Assembly (NCBI RefSeq): GCF_006345805.1
Contig: NC_043003.1
Coordinates: 65,348,001 to 65,412,000, forward strand
From: Octopus sinensis
Lineage: Eukaryota
Reading direction: 5' to 3'
DNA: 64,000 bases
Shown: positions 51,692 through 64,000 of the stretch, piece by piece
Numbering within the stretch: position 1 is the first letter of the stretch
Layout of the letters: the number at the start of each line of letters is the position of its first letter
Made by a program: the position numbers and the translations under genes
The notes under the pieces: generated by a model
Databases searched by the model: none
What the model was told of the DNA's origin: nothing
The model's input: the letters and a program-made list of their open reading frames with translations, nothing else

Positions 51692-52449
51692 TGTTCTGCA
51701 CGCACTCGTGCAGTGTCCAACAATTTCCGACCTGTGGGCTTGTGTCGAACAACTGCTGTCACGTGTGGGACGAGTCGGTTTATCAGCTGAGTCTTCGTTA
51801 ATATTGTCACGCCTCCCTCCTTCAACGGGAAGGAAGAGCTATTTTCATCATCCTTGTGGCTATGGCGAAAGAATGTATCTGGTGGACGCGTCTGAAAGGA
51901 TTGGAGACAAACACTTTCCTCTCTGGTCAATCTCTCATCAACTTCTTCAAGTACCACTTGAAAAGGAAAGTGAGAGTAGAGAGGCAAGTTTTGTCTAGCG
52001 AATGTTTTAAAAAAAGATGGGTGAATGTAGCAAGAATGGCACGTATGAATGACGAAGCCACCTTGAGCATGATCCTATGAACCCAGAAATTGAAAACAGA
52101 GAGTTGCTTATTTGCAAAAAAAAAAAAAAAAAGAAATATAACATGTGACTCCATTGACCGAGGTTACCGTGGTCTTTTCCGTAATCTTTTCTTTCCACGG
52201 GTAAACCTCACCTGTCCTCCCCTTTACACTTCATATTGACATTTCTGTGATAACGATCCCTATAGATCAATTTTTTTTTCCCCTCTCCCCCTTTTTTTTT
52301 AACCCCCCTTTTTTTGTCCTCTTTCTCTCCTTTTACGATCCCTTTTGATCGAAACTCCCCCTTCCATTTTTTTTTTACCTTCAGAAGAAAAGCTCTACCT
52401 TGTAATTTGTTCTATCTGTGTGCAGCCCTGTGTGGCTAATAAAGAAACA
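51692..52449 (+). mobile_element. 5'-truncated L1/Tx1-clade LINE, second copy, inside (TATC)n
   Basis: VLHALVQCPTISDLWA...KRWVNVARMARMNDEATLSMIL*; same 3' end as 11604-12812; (TATC)n at 51560-51691 and from 52450. Confidence 0.92.
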
Positions 52450-52508
<59 letters not shown>

Positions 52509-53204
52509 TTCCCCCTCTCTGTCTGTCTATCTGTCTATGCGAACCTTTCTCGTTGTCTCTCGCTTTTTCTTTCTCTTTATATCTTTTATCTTTTACTTCC
52601 TTCAGTTATCAGACTCAAGCCAGGCTGGGTCACCGTCTTGAAGAAATTTTAAGGGAACGAATCGGTTCTCAGTTTTATTTAGATTTTATCTGTATATTTA
52701 ATTTTAGATTTAACCGGAATATATTCAGTGCTGAATTATTCCGTATGTACTCGTGTAACGAGATCTAATTTGAAAAGCCCGCCTTTTACATGGATATATG
52801 TGTGAAAATTTCTATATGCTATGTTGGCTACATTAGGCGTGTGAATTTCATTTATTTTTTTTTTGTTCTGAGTATACCTGCACCGACGATTAGAAAACAC
52901 TAACTATAAAATCATATGATTTGCAGCTGAATCTGTTTTTAAGAAACGACTTCTAAGTTGCGTTCCCTTCCTGTCGGTACAATGTATATTTATTAAGGTA
53001 GTTTTGATTTTAGGAGTCCCGTATCGCCTGAGGCATTTTTGTGTAGTAATGCCCTTAATCCTATATCTTGTACAAATTGTTCCCTTAACTAGCTTTTCAC
53101 GCTGAATACTTGATAAACTCTGATAAAGATTTTATCCTTATATTTAATTTTAGATACAAACATAATGCATGCATGCATGCATACATACAAACACACACAC
53201 ACAC

Positions 53205-53273
<69 letters not shown>

Positions 53274-53357
53274 CAGTGGTTCAGTGTAGCTACACACCTT
53301 TGGGCTGATACTTGTAAAGGATTGAAAGAATAACAGAATATGTATATATATATATAT

Positions 53358-53395
<38 letters not shown>

Positions 53396-53764
53396 TATAT
53401 ATTATATGTATATATATATATATATATTTGTGTGTTGTGTATGTATGTATGTATTTATGTATAAGTCTGTATAGAAAGAAGTTGTTTTTTTTTATGCGTA
53501 TGTCATCCAATCGTATATCAGATTTAAACTTAAATCGATTAACGATACTGGACAGTTTTCACGTTTATATGTACTAGTATTTATCGTTGATTCCTCTTCA
53601 ATACTTGTACTTTACGCCTCTGAAATTCCCGTTGTGGCTATGCGAATTTCCATAATTTTCGATATAGGATAAATTAAGTTTAAAAATGAAGGAAAACGTA
53701 GGATACGTATACAACATAATCAATTTATTATCATAGTCCAGTCAAATTAATAAGTTAATTGATA

Positions 53765-53852
53765 TTGCCTACGCCGCGTTTCGGCTGATTGCTGTCATTT
53801 ATATTTTAAATCGCATTATTATGTTGAAAAAGCAAAAAGCTCCTCAGGGCAA
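53765..53852 (-). ncRNA. Type I hammerhead ribozyme with long stem II insert
   Basis: TTGCC-CTGAGGA-GCT...AGCC-GAAA-CGCGGCG-TA-GGCAA: perfect stem I, GUA site; part of repeat 53715-53930. Confidence 0.72.
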
Positions 53853-54501
53853 GATTAGCTGATGTTTTCGCACTTAAACCGATGGACAGTTTATTCCGAT
53901 TGAATTGCAGCATATGCATCTTGCATTCTGTTCTACAAATAGCTGGAAGTTGATATTTTGACCCTACAGGACAAAAGATAGACATTGTTCAGAAAAACTA
54001 GGTGATGTAACAATTCCATTCTTTTGGTAGTGCCGATTAGCTGTTTACAAGCCTACGGCTACTTTTGATCTTATTCAGTATGTCCATAACACATTCCTCT
54101 ACGTTCTCATTCCTCACATTTGACCAAAATGATTAACGATTTAGGAATAGAAGCCTAAATTTAAATAAATATGGTTAAAATAAACACCGTATAACACATA
54201 TGAATCGTGCAACTATACCATAAATTGAATAGACACACACACACATCTATGAATCTAGCTTATCAGCTAATATATTTGGATTGATAATTGTATTTACTAG
54301 TAACTAATATAAATTTTATAAAGAGTAAATAAAGTGTTGATATAAAACAAATGAATAAAAAGTAGCAATTTGGTACATACCTAGATTTATTTTTTCAATA
54401 ATAAACGTAGGGAATATGTTAATGGCATGCTGAACAGTATGCAAAGTAGGGGCAAGCTTGTAAACTCTCTATCATTTAGGATGTGAAAAATATATTTAAT
54501 C

Positions 54502-54591
54502 TTGCCCTGAGGAGGTATTTTGCTTTCCTCAACTTAATAATGCACTTTAAAATATGAAAGACGGCAATTAGCCGAAACGCAGCGTAGGTAA
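54502..54591 (+). ncRNA. Homologous hammerhead in the inverted repeat copy (54420-54640)
   Basis: TTGCC-CTGAGGA-GGT...AGCC-GAAA-CGCAGCG-TA-GGTAA. Confidence 0.7.
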
Positions 54592-54678
54592 TGTGAATGA
54601 ACTTATTAATTTGACAGGACTATGAATCTAAATTGATTATTCTATGTATGCATTCTCCATTTTCTTTGAATTTTTAAA

Positions 54679-54778
<100 letters not shown>

Positions 54779-56789
54779 GTGTGTGTGTATGTGTGTTTGT
54801 ATATATGTGCATAGAATTATATATAAATATAGTATTCAGTGAACTGATGGAGAAAGCAATATGCTTGTGAATGAAATTAAAGAAAGTAAGATAGACAAGT
54901 AAATGGATTTAATTGTATGAAAACCAATAACCCGAGAGAAATGGAAGCACACTATTCGGAAAAGAACAAAAGATGGTAGAGTGTTATTAAATGTAAAGAA
55001 GAGAAAGAAAATCATCAGGTAAGAAGGAAAATATATAAAAGAAAACTACGGCAACAATAAAAACAGATGATAGTTGATTAAATAATTATTATAAATGCAA
55101 TAGAAATGTCAGTAGACAAGTTTGATTTAAATTAATTTTCCAGTTATGAAGTATGAAGATATGTCTTTACGTAAAGTCTGTAAAATTGATAAGAAATTGC
55201 TGAACTTTCAACAATATTTTGATTACAGGCAGCTTTTCACACAAAACTACGAATTAGATAGTAGAACTAGAAATATTCCAAAATCATGTAAAGAATATGA
55301 TAAATTTCAGCGTATAGGGATTAATATGTTCATTTAAATAGTGAAATTTTCGGTAAAATTTAATTACTTTCTGATGATATTTTGATAAAATTTGTTTACA
55401 GAATTCAAAAATATTTTATTGACGACTTCAATATTAAAGACTGATCAACGATTAGCTATATTTTCTCATGCTTTAACCACGATCATTCATTGGAACCACG
55501 ATAGAAAAGAAGTATTTCTCTTCTTTTGGTGCCTAAAAGTAGCAGCTAAGCTGTGTGTACCAGTCCGCACAGCTATAATGTTCAGTATACGATGGAACAA
55601 TTGTTATAATATAATGTCTATGATTGCTAACTTAAATTCAAGTTTTGACAGCATTTGTTCAACATTTGTTGACTCTTAAAAAGCCTATGGCAACAAGGAA
55701 ACTTCTAATGTAGCTACTACAATTTTGTAAGGTTTCACACATAATAATTATACAATTACGTAGTTGTGTTTTCTTTGTGAGGCGTTACAAGTTGGAATGC
55801 GTGGTGGCCTCTTGGAAAACATTGTATCTTACAGCATTGTTACAATAGTTCCTTGGATGAAAAGTTTCGTAAGTGACGACACAAACACACACGCACACGC
55901 ACGCAAACATACACATAACATACCAACACCCATCCACACATACACGCATGGACTGAACCCGGAACCATGTGGTTGGTAAGCAAGCTACTTACCACACAAT
56001 ATATGATGTAACTTAGTAAACACAGTTCAACAAATTCATTGATATTTATGTAAATGGAGGAGGTTAGATGTTTAAATGGATTATAGTTTATATTTCTCAG
56101 GTTGCTGTACAATTTGCTTCGTAAAGAAAGACAATGGTATTATTCTTAACAGAAAATCTGAGCTGTCAGAAAATACTCGTCGGTAACTTAGATAAAAATT
56201 AGTAAGACATCAGAAGTACATAAGTTTGGAGTCATGTCTGTTTTAAACAAGGCTAATAAAATAAAGTGAGTGCTAGTATATAAAATAATATTAAAATATT
56301 AGTCTGGCATTCTCTCTATGAATTTCCATATATGTGTTTCTTTAAACTTCCGTATATGAAGTAAAATAACTGGTGAGGCTGTATTTTGTTAGGATAGGAA
56401 AGCCAAATAAGGAAGGAAAGAATATTCAAACACAAAAAACTTATATTTATATTTAGCTGTCAATTATCGTTACAACTTAATAAGTAATTTGAAAAAAATG
56501 TTTAATAGAAATCACTAGTAATTTCAGGTTTATAAAATTTATAATTAAACTATTTATTGTAAATGATATGTCTAATATTCATAGAAAACAATAAGCGAAA
56601 TATTTAGTATAAATACTATTGAAACTTACTCACATGGTACAGGAAACTTATATGTATACCATTCTGCCTAAATAATGGATCTACAGATGCCATATCCCTG
56701 CATATCTCACGTCTATTTTCATTCCTCCATTTTACTCACTATTTCATATCTTATCTAAAATAACTATTGCTTAACCATTTTCTCACACC

Positions 56790-56837
56790 GTCTCCGATGA
56801 AGGGATATATAAAATATCCCGCAAACAGCTGTAAGAC
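56790..56837 (+). ncRNA. Hammerhead-like motif with variant core (CCGATGA) in a PLE-type repeat (56760-57030)
   Basis: GTCT-CCGATGA-A-GGGATAT.ATAAA.ATATCCC-G(C)AAA-CAGCTG-TA-AGAC; homologue at 62377-62424. Confidence 0.55.
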
Positions 56838-57090
56838 CTATTTATAAATGTTCTGAAATCTTTCACAGCCTTGGATTTTTTTTTATATATACACATGCTG
56901 ATATATGATCTACGTTGGACTCCTCATTCGCATAATTACCGAACCTGGAGCTTAACTGTAGTCTGTTCGTAGCACTTATTCTTTATTACCTGACAACTTT
57001 GGATTTTATTGACACCATTACCTCTCATAATCTGTCTCTGTCTCTCTGTGTATTTCTCTCCCTCTCTCACTCTTTCTCTGTCTCTCTGTC

Positions 57091-57205
<115 letters not shown>

Positions 57206-57373
57206 TAAGCATACGGCAAATTCTTCTGTGGTGTTGTTTTGCATTTATAATACAATAAAATGAATAATAAAGATAATAAAAAAGTATACAGTACTGTACT
57301 GTCTCTCCTTCTCGGATTTTCAGCTATCGCGGGGTATTTTGGAACGAAACACTCACGATAGTTGAGGGATTGC

Positions 57374-57420
<47 letters not shown>

Positions 57421-58145
57421 TGTGTGTGTGTGTGTACGTGTGCACAGAGTTTCCTTTATACACATCAGAAACCGCACGTCCTTCAGTAAAAAAAGCTGGA
57501 GATATTAGAGGCTACCACAGGAGTTGAAATAAAAATTATGTTTCACATACAAACACCCAATAATAATAATATCACAGGCTGTACTAGTGAATATATTGAT
57601 TATCTTATTGATGCATAGACCAAAAGGAAAACAATGTGTAATTATATAAAGAAACTGATGGAATAGAAATGCTTTCTCCTTTAGGGCACATCTTCACAGT
57701 CTTCCATATGGTTACAATAGATAGAACATGATGCACTGACATGAGTATATGATATAAACTAGATTCATGATTAATATATTCATTGTATTGGATACGCCCT
57801 AAGATAACATGAATTATATAATCACCGATACACAACTCCTTATCAACATTCAATTTGAAGGAATGTACAAATAAACTTGTAGCAAAAGAATTCCTCCATT
57901 TTTAGCCATAAAGAAAATAACAACTACACTTGATCTATTTGTAGAAAGACATAAATAAAATTATGTACTCACATGGAGACAACGAATGCCGAGGCGATAT
58001 CTCCTATAACAACATTTAGATTTTCTGTCCTAAGCACAAAGCGCCGAATAAAGAGATATACAAAATAAAATAAGCAGTATTTAATAATGGTTACTTCAAG
58101 AAATTAATAGAGTACTCAATACAACTACAGAAATAAAAAAAAATA

Positions 58146-58705
58146 TTGGGTTGTCCGGAAAGCTCGTGCCGATTTTTAAAGGAGAGAAAAAGATCAATAA
58201 ATACTTGCCATTACATTTTTAATCAACCAAATATGAACCATTTTGTTGCACAATGCGTCTCCATCTTTCTTTTAACTTGAAAATACCCTCTTTCCAGAAT
58301 TGAGGTGGTTTCATGGCAAAGAATTCATCAAGGTATCTTTTTACGTCATCCAAGGAATTGAAATTTTTTACTATTACGACTATTCTGCAGAGACCTGAAT
58401 AAGTGGAAATCCGAAGGAGCAATATTTGGTGAATATAGAGGGTGGTGTAACATATCCCAGCCGAGCTGCAGTAATTTTTGTTAGGTTCCCAAAGCATCAA
58501 GTGCCGAAAATAAACTTTCTTATCTTCCATTTTAAAAGGTTACAGAATTAACACAGGAACATAAACCTTCTTCCACGAAAAGATAGCTTAAACTGTGCTC
58601 TAAATGGAGGTGTAGTCAAATCCTATTTTATGGACTCAACCATGTTCTAAATTAAGTCGAAAGGTAAGCTATTATAAATCGGCACGAACTTTCCGGACAA
58701 CCCAA
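58146..58705 (-). mobile_element. Complete non-autonomous mariner deletion derivative (560 bp)
   Basis: 30-bp TIRs at 58146-58175 and 58676-58705; N-terminus MEDKKVYFRHL fused to C-terminal KNFNSLDDVKRYLDEFFAMKPPQFWKEGIFKLKERWRRIVQQNGSY. Confidence 0.92.
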
Positions 58706-59574
58706 CTCAATGCAAAAAATGGATCAGACATCACACGTTTTACCAAAATAAAAAGGAAGCAAATCACCGCTAAAGTGTATTACGCGTATGAAAAAGTGTA
58801 GATGACCACATTACAAAAATCCTCGTAAAGTCGGTGCAACAAAGCATAAACTGCAATTAATTATAAGTTACGAAACACTAAAATTACAAAGTTAGTCAAT
58901 GGCAACATTTAAACATGCAAACAAGTTACTCATATTAGTTATGGCCTGGATGAATTGTGTCCGAAACTTGTCTAAATATTTAAGTACACGTTGCGCTTCT
59001 ACACTGTTTACTTCTACCAAATTCACTCAGTGGCTGGTCCGGGGATTTAGTAGAAGACATTTTCCAAAGGTGCTACTCAGTGTAGCGAAAACCGAACCCA
59101 CGTTGTTGTCAAGCGAAGTTTCTAAGCACACGGCTATAGCTGGATAATCATACTTTTACCACAAACGGGTAAGATGTAAATGACAAGATTTTTGACTATT
59201 TTATTAGCCATACCCACGACTGCTGTCTCACCATAAACACACAGAAGCAATTGCAATGCACTATAGAAAACGACACATAATTTCTGAAAATAATGATTGA
59301 AAATAGAAGCAGCATTTGGTGATGAGAAACTCTCATGAGAGCTGAGCAGCAGGTCATGAGAGGAGAAACGTGCAGCTGGGAAGTGTTTCGGCCGCTAACT
59401 CTAAATACCGTAAGGAGGCCGGGTCACATGCAGGACATGACGCCTGTGTGCCCTTCTGCTGAAATTTTTTATCCACTTGAATATTGGAGACTTGTGTCTC
59501 TAAATCGCCTCGAGGATTCATCTAGTTCTAACTCGTTTCCGATGACTCTACTTTTAAATTTATGTCTGACTGAC

Positions 59575-59920
59575 TGGCACTCCGTCGTTTACGACGACGA
59601 GGTTCCAGTTGATCCGATTAACGGAACAGCGTGCGCGTGAAATTTACGTGCAAGTGTCTGAGCACTCCACAGACACGTGTACCCTTAACGTGACACAGAG
59701 TGTGACAAGGCTGGCTCTCTGAATTACAGGCATGAGAGAAACAGGAAGTAGGAGTGAGAGAAAGTCGTGGTGAAAGAGTACAGCAGGGTTCGCCACCATC
59801 CCCTGCCGAGCTTAAAGTTTTTTTGCTCAATAAACACTCACAACGACCGGTCTGGGAATCGAAACCGCGGTCCTATGACAACGTGTCCGATGACCTAACC
59901 ACTGGGCCATTGCGCCTCCA
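59575..59920 (-). mobile_element. SINE family C with RTE-like 3' tail (type 3)
   Basis: Same head and body as 30200-30345; tail ...gatcaactggaacctcgtcgtcgtaaacgacggagtgccagt. Confidence 0.8.
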
Positions 59921-60583
59921 CTTAAAGAAGAAACTACGTTGGTGGTCATGCTAGCATGGAAGCATCAGCGCTATTTCGACTCACTTAGATTTACTTCCCT
60001 TCGCGTTAAAACTTTTCATATACAGACAACATGTTATTCACATATACGAAATAAACACTTGACGGACGACGTAGAAATCTATCATCCAATCGTACAGCTA
60101 ATTGCGTACCAGTCACACTGAGAAAGCCTTCAATAACGAGGTAATAACGTGAGCTCATAGCTCTTCATTAAAAAGATGAAACTATGATGGCGAAGCGAAG
60201 TTACTCATTGGTGTAAGATCTTTTTTATATTCCTTCCAGACTGGAAAAAAAATTATGCAAAAAAGAGAAAGAACATAATAAATAAATGTCACTGACATAT
60301 TTTCTATAAAATATGTTCGTGTTTGTGCAAGCTTGCGCGTATGCGTTTGTGTGTTTGTGTATTTATGTGCGTGCGTACTGCGTATGTGCGTTTGCATATA
60401 CCTATTTATAATAACATGGAGTTCTTGTACAATGAGAACAAAATAAAAATGAGAGTATAGAAGCAAGGATATCACGGCCGCTCTGGATGTCTTTGGCGAT
60501 GATTTAGTTTCCTATGAGAGAGGATTCTGGAAATGATTATACACACACACACACAGACATATATATATATATATATTATATAT

Positions 60584-60633
<50 letters not shown>

Positions 60634-61720
60634 ATATATATGATTTAAAGGAATTACAAGTCAGACGAACACATGCGTACGTACATACATACAGGCATAT
60701 ATGTATCTCTTCTTTTATAATATTATCCACAGACTAATCACATGTAGGGTATATATATATTTTAAAATGCGTTTATATAATTTTCAATTAATTCTAATGT
60801 ACTTTATTTTATTGTACGATATAGTAGTATTTAAAATGATTATATTATTAAATTAGTATTTTGGATATAACTTTCTATGTGTACTCCAGAAAATAAGATT
60901 GTCCTGAAATTGAAGTTGAGGTCCTATCGGTAAAATCCCAAATTCGTAATAATGATAACATATATATATATTTGAGGCAAGAATCATCTTTGTATGTGTG
61001 TGTGAATATAAATACGTATACAAATATATATATATAAATATATATAATAGAATAGAATATAAATATGTTACAAAAAGAAAATAGAAACTTAACCTGAGAA
61101 TATAAGGGGAAAGTAAGAAAAATCAACGAAAACGCACATTGTAAAAACAAAAAGTAAAGGCTTTTTATGAAAAGTAATGAAAAATATATACAATTAGATA
61201 AACTGAGGTAGGAATAAAAGTAATAAAAGTCATTATTGTGAGATTAATTGAAATATATATATACATACATACTTACACACACACACACTCACACACAAAC
61301 ATACACACACACACACATACACACACACACTCACACATACACACAAACAAACAATGATGGTTTTGCCTTGAAAAGGAATCAATATTCTCGACGGCCTAAC
61401 GGTATATTCTATTTAACAACACCATTTTATTCTCGTTACTATTTGTATTCCCACCGCCACATCCATCACCCCAGCACAACCTCCATTAATTCCCGACAGC
61501 ATAATTCAGCGTGAATGATGTCCAAGCATACATGGGGTTTCAACGTTGCCTCTGCTTACCGTTTTCTGAGAACTCAACAAAATACTGTGATCACAAGGTT
61601 CCTTTCCTTACTCATTTAATTCTGATGTTCTATGCAAAAATATTTTACCTCCCCTCGTCTGTCTATATGCCTGCCGGCTTGTTTTCCTGTATGACTGCCT
61701 GTCTGTTTATAGTTAGATAG

Positions 61721-61774
<54 letters not shown>

Positions 61775-61899
61775 TATATATATTGGTGAATATGTTTGTG
61801 TGTGCATGTGTGTGTTTATATATATACACACACAGATATAATGTGTACACACACACACACACACACATAAACACACACATATGATTGAAAGCTAACTCC

Positions 61900-62065
61900 G
61901 ATTTTTTTCTATTCTCTCTCTGTTGTTTCCTTGCGTCCCTTTCGGTTGAAGAGCGTAGGCTCGAAACGTAAAAGACTTTCTCACATTCCCGAGCCTCAAA
62001 CTAATACACCTGTTTGTTTCTTTATACAATTGTATTCGTCTTTTGTTTTTCTGCAAACTTCAAAT
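61900..62065 (+). repeat. Dispersed repeat with degenerate hammerhead-like core (TTGAAGA...GAAA-CG-TA)
   Basis: Homologous to 17140-17265; the core lacks the conserved C3 and stem I is offset. Confidence 0.55.
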
Positions 62066-62104
62066 ATATATATATATATATATATATATAGATATATATA
62101 TATA

Positions 62105-62498
62105 GGTTATGAGTATGAGAGGTAATGCTGTCAAGAAGACCCAAATGTGTCAGGTAATGGTGAATAAGTGCTATACACAGACTATAGTAAAGCTCCAGTT
62201 TCGATGATTATACGAATGAGGAGTCCAACGTAGGTCATATATCAGCATATGTATATATAAAAAATTAATAGAATGAGATAAAAATCCAAGGCTGTGAAAG
62301 ATAGAACATTTATAAAGAGAAAATCTTACAGCTGTTTCCGGGATATTTTATATATCCTTTCATGCATCCCTTCACCGTCTCCGATGAAGATATATATAAA
62401 ATATTCCGGAAACAGCTGTAAGACCTCTTTATAAATGTTCTGAAATCTTTCAAAGCCTTGCATTTTTATCTCATTCTGTTAATTTTATATATATATAC
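62105..62498. mobile_element. PLE-type repeat (reverse complement of 56800-57030) ending in a ~245 bp palindrome (62251-62498)
   Basis: Arms aaaatccaaggctgtgaaaga...tcttacagctgtttcc / ggaaacagctgtaaga...tctttcaaagccttgcatttt; CCGATGA hammerhead at 62377-62424. Confidence 0.8.
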
Positions 62499-62687
62499 TA
62501 TTTACTATTTATTGTACTTTATTGATTTTTAGAATAAGGATTTTATAGTATATATTTTCTATATGATGTGAATAACATCTTTCATTATTGAATTGCTTAA
62601 TAAAGTTTTTTCTCTAAATTATATACATATATTAAATATTGTGAAATTTGATTTAAAATTGTTAAGTTGAAATTTTCCCTGTAAGTT

Positions 62688-62767
<80 letters not shown>

Positions 62768-63039
62768 GTGTGTGTGTGTGTGTGTGAGTGTGTGTTAAAA
62801 AAGAAAGATGATGCCTCACATCCTTTGATCAGTTACGTATGCTTCCATGACCATTACGTATTTCTATCAATCGACTTGATGGATTATTTTGTACATATAA
62901 AACTCATGAAGACCCATACGATATTAACAGTTATATTAATCATTTTTTTCAATTTAGTTACAAATCTAACCCCAATAGAATAGATTGATTGCCAGTGCGG
63001 TAAATACATTAAACGCACAATCACTGGTTGGCAAGCTGT

Positions 63040-63250
63040 GGTTTTGGGACAGACACAGACAGAAAATTACACACACACATATTTATACGACGGGCTTCTT
63101 TCAGTTTCTCTTTACCAAATCCACTTACAAGGCTGTGGTCGGCTCAAGGATATAGATGAATACACCTGACCAAGGTTGCACGTTGTGGGACTGAAACCAA
63201 AACTATGTCGTTGGAAAGCAAGCCCATTACCACACAGCAACGCCTACGCC
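63040..63250 (-). mobile_element. SINE family A, 5' part
   Basis: acgacgggcttctttcagtt...accacacagc. Confidence 0.75.
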
Positions 63251-63567
63251 AGCATAATTTTTCAGTATTAAGTCCGTTATATGTCGTGATTTTGAAAGAA
63301 ATTTTCATCTCAGACGAAAACAGCAGTAATTCGATTTTAAACGGTGTATATACATTGAATATGATACATAGATGACTATTTTCATTGAATGCTGCTTCAG
63401 TAGCAAACACTGCATTAATAATTTAGCCAAGTAGCTATCTCCCTATCAGTTACTGTTTTATTCATTTCCCTGTCTCCGAGACGACAAATTACAGTAACTT
63501 GCTTACCAATGCTGCGTATACATTAGACATGATCTATAGATATCAATTTAAAACTTTATTCGCTTAC

Positions 63568-63618
63568 CTTATCACTTCAAAGATATTTGCCTGACGCAAA
63601 ATCTCACAAAGAACATTT
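63568..63618 (-). CDS. Candidate 51-nt exon (phase 2/2)
   Basis: Strong donor AAG|gtaagc, modest acceptor tttgaaactctag|; single open frame RNVLCEILRQANIFEVIR. Confidence 0.25.
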
Positions 63619-64000
63619 CTAGAGTTTCAAAATTTGTGTTGCGTTTTCCTCTTTCAGTTTGATAGATACTTCATAATGCATTTGAAGAAAAGGCTTTCGT
63701 TATAATTCCAAAATATGGCAAATATCTGCCCATTATCCTATATTTATCAGTATTAAATTATTTAAATATTTTATTTATAATTTTCAACAATTTTTACTCA
63801 TTACTTTGTAAAGCCTGTGTGACTGAAATATTCTCGTTATTAAATTTTAATTAAATAAATGTATGACACCCTCTTACCTTGTAAACTAAATCCGAATCTT
63901 TTATTGAAGTTTATGGATTTTCATTTTGCTCTCAAAGCAGATATATTGAAATACAGAAAGGACATACGTACTTGATTACAAACATTTATATATACACACA

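Noticed and set aside
54840-55870. Cluster of plus-strand open frames with some splice-like sites
   Set aside because: No recognisable domain, stops in adjoining frames and weak donors; more likely decayed sequence, though not excluded.
59370-59440. GGCC...GGCCGAAAC on the minus strand
   Set aside because: No CTGANGA core upstream.

Overview
Very AT-rich, microsatellite-dense animal genomic DNA, most consistent with a cephalopod (Octopus-type) genome. That assignment is inferred from the repeat content, not from a database search. There is one 100-N scaffold gap at 34760-34859. Nearly all track ORFs are spurious translations of (TA)n, (TACA)n, (TATC)n and (CA)n arrays. The recognisable content is a dense set of nested mobile elements: four tRNA-derived SINE families, CR1/L2-like, L1/Tx1-like and REL-type (R4/Dong-like) LINE 3' fragments, mariner relics and MITEs, and Penelope-like (PLE) pieces. 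No complete protein-coding gene is recognisable; several unidentified splice-site-bounded candidate exons lie on the minus strand. Main observations: (1) a pre-tRNA-iMet fused at its TTTT terminator to the 3' part of an L1/Tx1 LINE and inserted in a (TATC)n array, resembling a U6/L1-type chimera; (2) a Penelope element whose GIY-YIG ORF runs into a tRNA-like Pol III head, plus a TSD-bounded SINE-like derivative carrying that head and a hammerhead ribozyme; (3) at least five sequence-unrelated hammerhead ribozyme families in 64 kb, several in inverted or palindromic pairs; (4) each LINE family sits in its own microsatellite type, and two SINE/LINE pairs share 3' tails.
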